From positions 4,576,001 to 4,640,000 of the forward strand of contig OZ241986.1 in the NCBI GenBank assembly GCA_965204375.1: a stretch of 64,000 bases of DNA, in the 5' to 3' direction. Each line of letters opens with the position of its first letter. Position 1 is the stretch's first letter. The notes under the pieces are model-generated. The model made no database searches, was not told the origin of the DNA, and saw nothing but the letters and a program-made list of their open reading frames with translations. A program made the position numbers and the translations under genes. This DNA comes from Candidatus Latescibacterota bacterium. Its GTDB lineage: Bacteria; Latescibacterota; UBA2968. This document shows, piece after piece, positions 10,656-18,644 of the stretch.

Positions 10656-10693
10656 ACCATTATTATATTTCATTTTTTTAAAGGAGTTGTGAT

Positions 10694-11881
10694 ATGTCTA
10701 AGCTCATATTTGAAGACGAAGAAGTTGAAAGTCATGCAAATATGGACTACCAAAACGGTGGTCACGCGCAGCAAAACGGTATTCCTGCACCCGTTGAAGC
10801 GGATAACACTGACGTGCCATCCGCGCTGTGTTGTGGTGCCACTGGCGAGGCGTATGACCTGACCAGGCGCATCAACCCGGAAGACAAGCGATTGCTCAAC
10901 TGTCGGCAGGTAGATGTGAACCAGTTGATGCCCCTCAAATACGAATGGGCCTGGGAGCACTATCTCAACGGATGCGCCAATCACTGGATGCCGACAGAAG
11001 TGCCGATGCAGCGCGACATAGAACTCTGGCGTTCAAATGCACTGAACGACGCCGAGCGAAAAGTCATCTTGCGAAACCTCGGATTCTTCAGCACAGGCGA
11101 AAGCCTCGTCGGCAACAACATCGTACTCGCCATCTTCAAACACATCACAAACTCCGAAGCGCGACAATACCTCTTGCGTCAGGCATTTGAAGAAGCCATA
11201 CACACGCACACATTCCACTACATCGTCGAATCTCTGGGCTTGAACGCACGCGAAGTATTCAACATGTATCACGAAGTCGCCTCCATCGAAGGCAAAGACA
11301 AATTCGTGATGGAACTGACCGAAGACGTACTGGATCCCAACTTCTCAACACAAAGCATTGAGGGCATGCAGAAATTCGTGAAAAATCTCGTCGGATTTTA
11401 CGTCATCATGGAAGGCATATTCTTTTACAGTGGCTTTGTCATGATCCTGTCCTTCCACCGACAAAACCGCATGACCGGCATAGGCGAACAATTCCAGTAC
11501 ATCCTGCGCGACGAGACCATACATCTGAATTTTGGCATCGACCTGATCAACACCATCAAACTCGAAAATCCAGAAATATGGACAACGGAACTGCAACGCG
11601 ACATCTACGACCTCATACACGAAGCCGTAGAATACGAAGTCATCTATGCTCGGGATTGTGTGCCCGACGGCGTACTGGGCCTCAATGAAGACTTATTCCG
11701 CGAATACGTGCAATTCATCGCCGACCGGCGATTGGAACGGATTGGACTACAAGCGGTATATGGATCGAAAAATCCATTTCCGTGGATGGGTGAAACCATT
11801 GACATCGCAAAAGAAAAGAACTTCTTTGAAACGCGCGTCACGGATTATCAAAGTGCGGGATCCTTGCAGTGGGATGATTAA
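10694..11881 (+). CDS. nrdB: Ribonucleotide reductase beta subunit, class Ic-type
   Basis: [49 protein letters not shown]. Confidence 0.95.
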   Translation: MSKLIFEDEEVESHANMDYQNGGHAQQNGIPAPVEADNTDVPSALCCGATGEAYDLTRRINPEDKRLLNCRQVDVNQLMPLKYEWAWEHYLNGCANHWMPTEVPMQRDIELWRSNALNDAERKVILRNLGFFSTGESLVGNNIVLAIFKHITNSEARQYLLRQAFEEAIHTHTFHYIVESLGLNAREVFNMYHEVASIEGKDKFVMELTEDVLDPNFSTQSIEGMQKFVKNLVGFYVIMEGIFFYSGFVMILSFHRQNRMTGIGEQFQYILRDETIHLNFGIDLINTIKLENPEIWTTELQRDIYDLIHEAVEYEVIYARDCVPDGVLGLNEDLFREYVQFIADRRLERIGLQAVYGSKNPFPWMGETIDIAKEKNFFETRVTDYQSAGSLQWDD

Positions 11882-11947
11882 ACCTGAACCTTGAACAATA
11901 ATACATCTCTTCAGGCTGACGGGGGAAGGGAAATCAGAGCCTGACCC

Positions 11948-11983
11948 AGGGTGGAAGACACACATCTTCCGCCCTGTTTTTTT
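11948..11983 (+). terminator. Intrinsic terminator after nrdB
   Basis: CAGGGTGGAAGA-cacaca-TCTTCCGCCCTG followed by a T-run. Confidence 0.75.
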
Positions 11984-13235
11984 ATTGATCAGACATGGGA
12001 AACGCCATAACCTCACTAATAGAAGACGCACCTGTAAGCAACATAACCAGACGATCCACCCCAAGCGCAATCCCGCCAGAAGGCGGCATCCCGTATTCGA
12101 GCGCTGAAAGAAAACGCTCGTCAATCGGATAAGCCGGATTCCCCTCACGCACGCGCTGGGCGGCCTCCTCTTCCAACCGCTGGCGTTGCTCATCCGGATC
12201 ATTCAACTCTGTAAACGCATTGCACAACTCCATCCCCGCAATATAAACCTCAAAACGCTCAGCCAGATCTGGCGCACTGGACTTGCGTTTGGCAAGCGCA
12301 GCCATCGGCGCGGGATAATCGCAGAGAATCACGGGCTTTTGCACACCCAGATGTGGCTCAACCTGATCGAGAAAAACCTTAAAAAACGCGACATCTGGCG
12401 GATCGTCTCTGTCAACCGTCGCATGTCCCGCCTGTTTGATAAACGCAGCCGTCTTCGAATACGGATCAGCAGCAATACCCGCGTAGCGCAACATCGCCTC
12501 CCGCACAGAAAGACGCTCCCACGGAGGCGTCAGATCAACCGCGCACTGATCCGTCCGCACAACAGACTCTCCATATAAATCTGTCGCAAGTTCGGCAATC
12601 AAATACTCGGTATCCACCATAATATCGGTATAATCCGCGAACGCGCGATACCACTCTATCATCGTAAACTCCGGCGTATGCATCCTGCCAACAGGCTCGT
12701 GCCGAAACACCTTGCAAACCTGGTATATCCGTTCAAAACCAGCCGCGAGCAGGCGTTTCATCGCATACTCAGGCGACGTATGCAGATAAAACTGACGCAT
12801 CTCATACATCGTCTGAAACGCCTCGAGATGCGGTTCCATACCCGGTTGCGGCACCATCAGAGGGGTCTCAACCTCAACAAAACCCTTTGCATCAAAAAAG
12901 CGGCGAATACCCGCAATAATCCTGGCACGCTTGCGCAAATTCTCCTGCACGCCCTGGCTTAAAGACGCACCTGCAGAACGCGACGGCACCAGCACCCGCA
13001 GCCCCGTAGCACAAAAAACATCGCCTTCGAGACGACCCTCAACCTCCACAATATCCCCTGTCTTTGCCTCGACCGCAGTATTAAAACCCAGACGTACCGT
13101 CCCCGTCTCATCGGAAAGCGAATCTCGCGCCACAAGCCGCCCGGCCACGACTGCAAACGCACCCGACTGAAGTTCACAGACCCGATGGGTACGCTTACAC
13201 CGTGCGGGATATTGGGGAGATGGATACTCGTGCAT
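11982..13235 (-). CDS. epmA: EF-P lysine aminoacylase (GenX/PoxA) with N-terminal extension
   Basis: [52 protein letters not shown]. Confidence 0.85.
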   Translation of the reverse strand: MHEYPSPQYPARCKRTHRVCELQSGAFAVVAGRLVARDSLSDETGTVRLGFNTAVEAKTGDIVEVEGRLEGDVFCATGLRVLVPSRSAGASLSQGVQENLRKRARIIAGIRRFFDAKGFVEVETPLMVPQPGMEPHLEAFQTMYEMRQFYLHTSPEYAMKRLLAAGFERIYQVCKVFRHEPVGRMHTPEFTMIEWYRAFADYTDIMVDTEYLIAELATDLYGESVVRTDQCAVDLTPPWERLSVREAMLRYAGIAADPYSKTAAFIKQAGHATVDRDDPPDVAFFKVFLDQVEPHLGVQKPVILCDYPAPMAALAKRKSSAPDLAERFEVYIAGMELCNAFTELNDPDEQRQRLEEEAAQRVREGNPAYPIDERFLSALEYGMPPSGGIALGVDRLVMLLTGASSISEVMAFPMSDQ

Positions 13236-13337
13236 CTATATTGTCCTTGATTATATTATAAAATAAGGATTATGTAGAATAGTGCCAAAAGCACAAATAC
13301 GAATCTGGAGGCAGATAGGAGCGATGCTAAAAACTAT

Positions 13338-13432
13338 TTGACAAGCAAAATTTTTACACATACTCTTGTATGCACCGGGGTCAATTATTGGTCCGAGTTA
13401 GAGGGGATGTCTTATGGGCATCCCTACTTTTT
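13338..13432 (+). ncRNA. Promoter plus putative ~60-nt small RNA with terminator
   Basis: TTGACA-17 bp-TACTCT; hairpin CGGGGTCAAT/ATTGGTCCG; GGGATGTC-TTATG-GGCATCCC then TACTTTTT. Confidence 0.45.
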
Positions 13433-13436
13433 CGCC

Positions 13437-13454
13437 ATGTACTTATAAGTACAT
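13437..13454. promoter_or_regulatory. Perfect 18-bp palindrome, candidate operator
   Basis: ATGTACTTATAAGTACAT. Confidence 0.4.
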
Positions 13455-13511
13455 ATATATTTATATAGATCAAATGTTAATAATTTACAGGTACTTACAG
13501 GCAAAAAGCAC

Positions 13512-13539
13512 TTGACATTTGGCAAGTATTGGATATTTT
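13512..13539 (+). promoter_or_regulatory. Sigma70-type promoter for the Ntn gene
   Basis: TTGACA-16 bp-TATTTT. Confidence 0.5.
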
Positions 13540-13584
13540 TGAGGCGAAAGCCGCTAGTTGTTAATAGTTTATTTAGAGTGATAG

Positions 13585-14595
13585 ATGACTACACTTGTTT
13601 CATTAGTAACCAAAGATTCTGCAGTATTAGGCTGTGACAGCTTAGGGACTGTTACAAGGGCTCTTGTTGATCCAAGAGAGCTTAGGGGGTTTTTTGATGA
13701 TTCTGGAAAATTGAAGATGGATCAAAAAGGTCAACCGTCTCTAAAGACCATTGTCGATATCCAAGATAAAGCTAGAGAATACCCTTATAATCACATAACG
13801 CACTTGGAAAAGCTATTTTCTTTAGAACCGCTTAAAATAGGTGTTATGACTGCGGGGATAGCAGGACTTGGCGACCGAACTATAAAAAGTCTAATATCAG
13901 AATTCAAAGATAAAAATTTTTTATTTAAGAGTAAAGGTGAGCCCAGCAATTACACGCTAAATGGAGTAGCAGAACGCTTGCTGAAATTTGTAAGACCCTT
14001 CTACTTGGAAGAGTACCCAGAAAAAGAAGACACTTACAGACCCAAACTTGAATTCATTCTTGCGGGATACTCTAAACGCCAACAACTTCCATCTACTATT
14101 AGGATCACTTTTCCCGAAGGAGAAATTGATCCTTTCGGCGATGGGTTTGGTATTATGTTTGGAGGACAAACAAAAGAAATTCGGAGGATTATTTTTGGCA
14201 CCGATGCTGAGAACGAGCATCGTATTATCTTTAGACACGCAGTCAAATTGTTTGAGTATCATAAACTTTTAACTGAATATCTTCGAGAAAATAATATAAC
14301 TATTGATTTACCTACCCCAAATGAATATATCGACCAAATCCATATATTCAATGATGGGTGGAGACTCGAGGGATTTAGTGCTGATTGGGGCAATTTTTCT
14401 GAACAAAATGCTATTGAATGTGTTCATTGGTTGGTTGAGATTATGTGCAAGGCCCAACAATTTAGCAGTGCCTTGCCGACTGTAGGTGGAGAGATTAACC
14501 TTGCCATTGTGACAAAGAGCGATGGCTTCCGATTTGTCTCTAAAAGAGAGTACCAAGTAGGTGATTACTCAATCCCCCGAGAGGAAGGAAACTGA
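13585..14595 (+). CDS. Proteasome beta/HslV-like Ntn-hydrolase fold protein
   Basis: M-T1-TLVSLVTKDSAVLGC-D17-S, EKLF, IGVMTAG, FILAGY, TVGGEINLAIVT. Confidence 0.7.
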   Translation: MTTLVSLVTKDSAVLGCDSLGTVTRALVDPRELRGFFDDSGKLKMDQKGQPSLKTIVDIQDKAREYPYNHITHLEKLFSLEPLKIGVMTAGIAGLGDRTIKSLISEFKDKNFLFKSKGEPSNYTLNGVAERLLKFVRPFYLEEYPEKEDTYRPKLEFILAGYSKRQQLPSTIRITFPEGEIDPFGDGFGIMFGGQTKEIRRIIFGTDAENEHRIIFRHAVKLFEYHKLLTEYLRENNITIDLPTPNEYIDQIHIFNDGWRLEGFSADWGNFSEQNAIECVHWLVEIMCKAQQFSSALPTVGGEINLAIVTKSDGFRFVSKREYQVGDYSIPREEGN

Positions 14596-14596
14596 C

Positions 14597-14776
14597 ATGG
14601 CAAAAAGAACTTTTGATGACGCTGCGGAAGAGAAACAGAGGCAGGAGGACATTCGTCGATTCGCAGAAAGTATTCCCGTTAAAGATGTGCCCCAACAAGA
14701 AATACAGTCACCCTATCCTCGTATCCGTACAGAAAAAGAAAATGATAGTATCTCTCCTGAATCGTTCAATCCCTGA
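14597..14776 (+). CDS. 59-aa charged hypothetical protein
   Basis: ATG 1 nt after the Ntn gene stop, RBS GAGGAAGGA; followed by hairpin AATAGCC...GGCTATT (14799-14826). Confidence 0.6.
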   Translation: MAKRTFDDAAEEKQRQEDIRRFAESIPVKDVPQQEIQSPYPRIRTEKENDSISPESFNP

Positions 14777-14844
14777 TACTTTTAACTCTTGATATTTGAA
14801 TAGCCAGCTAACCTTAGTAGGCTATTTGTTATGAGGCCGAGACG

Positions 14845-15125
14845 TTACGCTATCAGGTCACAATAGCGTAGGCTCCGTATAGACGGTTGCCCTTTCGCGG
14901 ACGTGATCGTGTATATGTATAAAGGTCTCCATAATGATCTCATCTGCGTTGTCCACAACGATTGCGCGGACTTCCTTTGTGTCTCTTTTCTTTACGCCAG
15001 CCACAGGGATCTTGCCAGTGGTTCTTCTGCCCGCCTGTAGTCTATCCCTAGCGTGTTTGTTGGTTTCTCTCCCGTCGATATAGGTTTCATCAACCTCAAC
15101 AGGCCCTTCAAACAGGATTTGTTCC
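14845..15125 (-). pseudogene. IS1595 (ISXO2-like) DDE transposase remnant
   Basis: GPVEVDETYIDG...GK.PV.G...VYT joined by deletion to the family C-terminal LRYCDLIA* in another frame; N-terminal Zn ribbon missing. Confidence 0.85.
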
Positions 15126-15151
15126 TCCGCGCAAATTTGAAAGGAATAACC

Positions 15152-15997
15152 ATGCGCCCGTACATCTGTTGTCACAACCACATTGGACGAACCATTAACC
15201 GCGTACCCACCGTCGGACAAAATGCCCAGATGTGTTTATCCCGATTTGCCGAAACCGATATATACGCAGCCATATCAATGCCAACAGCCGTGGGCAGCCC
15301 AATCACGCGGGGGATACAAGACATACGAGAACAAAACGAAGCCATTGCCCGCGCGTGCAAAAAATTTCCAGACGTATTTCCCATAGGCATGGCACTCATC
15401 GAACCGAGATTTGGCGAATGCGGCATTGACGAAGCCGAAAAAGCCATGGACGACCTGGGCCTCGTCGGAGTCGCCGGACATCCCCCCATGAAAGAAGAAA
15501 TCCTCCCCATGGTAGAAGTCGCAGCCGCGCGAAACGGACTGTGCAACCTGCACTGGCACGACAGCTTGATGGACCGCACCGCCCGAACATTTCCAAATGC
15601 ACAATTTATCGTACACGCCAGCACCTGGGCCGCAGAAAATTTGGCACAGCACGACAACATCTGGTTCGAAGTCGTACAATACCCCGATGGACGGAACTCC
15701 ACCTGGGACTTCAACTGGTTCGCCAACAAAGTCGGACGCGAGCGACTCATATTCGGCGCAGACCTGCCCTATTACGACTATCGCTATCTCCAGCGCGTAA
15801 TAGAAGAAGCCGACTGCGACGACGACTTGAAAGATCGAATTTCCCATCGAAATGTCATGACCCTGATCAAACACTACAAACCAAACTGGACATTGCCGAC
15901 ACATCCGCCTCAGGTCCCCCGTGTGTACAGTCCAGACAGACTCTGGGCGTGCAACCCGGACCAGACAGATCGGTTGACCGTAGATATCTTGCCCTGA
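15152..15997 (+). CDS. Amidohydrolase_2 family protein
   Basis: N-terminal HxH (ICCHNHIG), RLIFGADLPY; RBS AAGGA before ATG 15152. Confidence 0.8.
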   Translation: MRPYICCHNHIGRTINRVPTVGQNAQMCLSRFAETDIYAAISMPTAVGSPITRGIQDIREQNEAIARACKKFPDVFPIGMALIEPRFGECGIDEAEKAMDDLGLVGVAGHPPMKEEILPMVEVAAARNGLCNLHWHDSLMDRTARTFPNAQFIVHASTWAAENLAQHDNIWFEVVQYPDGRNSTWDFNWFANKVGRERLIFGADLPYYDYRYLQRVIEEADCDDDLKDRISHRNVMTLIKHYKPNWTLPTHPPQVPRVYSPDRLWACNPDQTDRLTVDILP

Positions 15998-16006
15998 GGC
16001 ACAAAA

Positions 16007-17392
16007 ATGACCAGTAAGCGACCGCGACCAAACATAATTGTATTCTTGACCGACGACCAGGGCTATGGGGACCTGGGCATCTACGGAAACCCGGACCTGG
16101 ACACACCCCACATCGACCGCATCGGCCAGGAAGGACTCTGTCTGAACCAGCACTACACCGCATCCCCAATCTGCGCGCCAGCCCGCGCCGCTCTTTTAAC
16201 CGGCCGCTACAACCACCGCGTAGGCGCATTGAGCGTGGAATCAAACCGCGGACTGGACCGGATTGCACTCGGCGAATCCACAATCGCGGACTTATTCAAA
16301 GCAAACGGCTATGCAACGGGAATGGTGGGCAAATGGCACAACGGCCTACACGACATGAGGTATCATCCGAACAACCGGGGCTTCGATGAATTCGCCGGCT
16401 TTTTGAACGGCGGAATGAATTACTGGAACTGGATCATCGAATACAACGGACAGCCGAAATGGTCAGACGGCCGGTATCTCACAGACGTATTTACGCAGGA
16501 CGCCATCGAATTTATCGAACGGCACAAAACAGAGCCGTTCTTTCTCTACGTCGCCTACAATGCGCCACACGGTCCCCTCGAAGCGCCAGAAGAAGACGTC
16601 CACCCCTTTGAAGAAATGGAAAAATTCACCCGGGCCGTATGTCTCACCTACGGCATGATCCGGCGGATGGACACCGGAATCGGACAAATCCTGGACACAC
16701 TCGAACAACACGGCCTCGCGGAAGATACGATAATACTTTACACCAGCGACAATGGACCCGTCCACCTCGGCAAAGGAGAAAACGACCAGACCCGCTACAA
16801 CGGACCATTTCGGGGCATGAAATACGACGTACTCGAAGGCGGAATCCGCGTACCGGGCTTGATCCGCTGGCCTGCGGGCTTGCCGCAGGGCGAGACCTAT
16901 GACGGAATGCTGCACTTTACAGACTGGATGCCCACGCTATTACAGGCCTGCGGAATCGACATGCAGACGCCCTCGGACGGAATGGATGTCATGCCCGCAT
17001 TACAGGGAGAACCCGAAAAACTCCCGACCAAACGATACTGGCAATTCAACCGCTACGACCCCATCGGCACCTGCAATGCCGCGATGCGGGATGGGGAATG
17101 GAAACTCTACTGGCCCCGCATTGAAGAAGCCATGCAAAAAATGAGATCGGACAATCCGCCATTCCAAAAAAATCTCGAAGTCCCGCATTTTCTCATGGAT
17201 GTGGAAAATCCACCTGTGGAACGGACCCTATCGCCGCCCGGCGCCCCGGAACTCTACAATATTGAAAACGACCCGCACGAAAACATCGACCTCGCGCAAC
17301 AACAGCCAGACCGCGTACACCGCATGAAACGCGAACTGGAAACATGGTTTGAATCCGTAGAAGCGGATCGGCAGCGCATCGCACCGTCATAA
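16007..17392 (+). CDS. Sulfatase (formylglycine-dependent)
   Basis: PNIIVFLTDDQGYGD, CAPARAALLTG, GKWH, SDNG, EGGIRVP. Confidence 0.95.
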   Translation: MTSKRPRPNIIVFLTDDQGYGDLGIYGNPDLDTPHIDRIGQEGLCLNQHYTASPICAPARAALLTGRYNHRVGALSVESNRGLDRIALGESTIADLFKANGYATGMVGKWHNGLHDMRYHPNNRGFDEFAGFLNGGMNYWNWIIEYNGQPKWSDGRYLTDVFTQDAIEFIERHKTEPFFLYVAYNAPHGPLEAPEEDVHPFEEMEKFTRAVCLTYGMIRRMDTGIGQILDTLEQHGLAEDTIILYTSDNGPVHLGKGENDQTRYNGPFRGMKYDVLEGGIRVPGLIRWPAGLPQGETYDGMLHFTDWMPTLLQACGIDMQTPSDGMDVMPALQGEPEKLPTKRYWQFNRYDPIGTCNAAMRDGEWKLYWPRIEEAMQKMRSDNPPFQKNLEVPHFLMDVENPPVERTLSPPGAPELYNIENDPHENIDLAQQQPDRVHRMKRELETWFESVEADRQRIAPS

Positions 17393-17425
17393 GTGACTGA
17401 CGTTACGCAGCGGTTTTTTCGAGAC

Positions 17426-17570
17426 ACATATCTTTCACTATACTACCCATTCCTGGCTCAAAATGTTCCCATTCGCCTGTGTTTCAGCAGGGGATCCTTA
17501 AATTCAAGTTGTGAACAGCGGCGCAATACTGCATATTTCAAGAAAAATGAGGTGTTTGCGCTTCTTTTTT
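17426..17570 (+). repeat. Dispersed ~150-bp repeat, copy A
   Basis: Similar to 38890-39045 on the minus strand; identical 18-mer AAATTCAAGTTGTGAACA. Confidence 0.85.
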
Positions 17571-18024
17571 GCAATATATGGCTCAATTTGTTGACCGAGT
17601 GACTGACCTGCCACTAAATGAATCTGCCAAGGGCAATTTTCTTGCGGGTTTGTCTGTGTTGGGTGGGTTGGTGCATGATCGAGAAATGATTGCGAATCTT
17701 ATATCAAAGGAGGGGTTGATGGATCTCATCCGCGAATCATCATTTGCCCAATATCTGATTGAGCAAGAGATAGAGGAAAACAAAGAACAATGGCTCAAGC
17801 AAGGGATTGAACAGGGCATTGAACAGGGCATTGAGCAAGGGGAGAGAAAAAGCACGCTCGCAGGCCTCCTCGACGTGTTGGAGATTCGCTTTGGTCTGAG
17901 CGAAGCGCATCCCCTATCTGACCGCATTGCCGATATTGACGACTTGCAACGTCTCAAGCAGTTGCTTCGTGCAGCAATTCAGGCCACCAGTCTTGAAGCA
18001 TTTGAGCAAGCGTTGGATGCGTGA
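17569..18024 (+). pseudogene. C-terminal fragment of an Rpn/YadD-like protein
   Basis: IRESSF, QGIEQ repeats, LEIRFG, L..LLRAAIQATSLEAF; no nuclease N-terminus. Confidence 0.6.
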
Positions 18025-18075
18025 CGCGATTTCCCAACCACAGACAGCCAACATCCCCAACTCGGATTCGCTAAA

Positions 18076-18111
18076 AAAAACCGCTCGCCATAACTTCAGG
18101 GAGCGGTTTTT
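18076..18111. terminator. Bidirectional terminator-like hairpin
   Basis: AAAAACCGCTC...GAGCGGTTTTT. Confidence 0.6.
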
Positions 18112-18383
18112 CGATTGGGTCAAGTCCTGTTTTTAGTTGAAATAATCGAGGCGTGTGGTTTCAATCAGCAGCAATCGCGTCTTGGCTGTCAACTCATTTA
18201 CTATCTTCAGTTTCTAACAGTATCTTGTCTAACTCCTCAACTATCCCTTCTGAGACAGATTGTATAGCATTGCTATATTTATTAGCAGAACCAGGTGGAT
18301 GTTGATTATCAATTAACCCTATGAACATTTCCTCTATAAGCCCATAACCAGTTAGATCCAAAAAATATATCCCCACCACCCCT

Positions 18384-18617
18384 TGTCTGAATCAGGATGA
18401 GCAAGATTTTCAGGATTTTCAGGATACCACCCACATCAACTCATCCCCGAAAAACCCATCCCACACGCCATCCAACCTTTCCTCTTTTGCCGTGCAAAAA
18501 GCATCCCGCCTCGAACTTGCCAAAGCCCTAATTTAGCACACTGCCTTCATCCTGTTCATCCTCTCATCACTGGATAGAACCACTCCAGTGCAGGCTCTGA
18601 AAATCCTGATTCAGACA
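18384..18617. mobile_element. MITE-like non-coding element, 234 bp
   Basis: Perfect 15-bp inverted repeats TGTCTGAATCAGGAT / ATCCTGATTCAGACA with internal CAGGAT/ATCCTG subrepeats. Confidence 0.55.
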
Positions 18618-18644
18618 GTTTTCATACTCCTCGCCTCTAACACC

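Larger units (their letters stand above)
13267..15125 (-). mobile_element. Decayed IS1595-family element carrying passenger genes
   Basis: Transposase remnant 14845-15125 reads toward a candidate terminal repeat GGATTATGTA at 13267; intervening DNA is AT-rich; the other end was not found. Confidence 0.55.

Noticed and set aside
6050-11881. Intein or intron in nrdA/nrdB
   Set aside because: Catalytic motifs are contiguous; no splice-junction or homing endonuclease motifs seen
14597-14776. Pup homolog
   Set aside because: Similar size and charge but no C-terminal GGE/GGQ, and no PafA/Dop nearby
2451-14792. Shared 12-mer TTTAACTCTTGA near both AT-rich islands
   Set aside because: Too short; compatible with chance
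15053-15151. Amidohydrolase disrupted by or fused to the IS
   Set aside because: Own RBS, ATG at 15152 and HxH motif; the extension is antisense transposase sequence
18194-18379. 61-aa AT-rich ORF
   Set aside because: No recognisable motif or good start; probably gene debris
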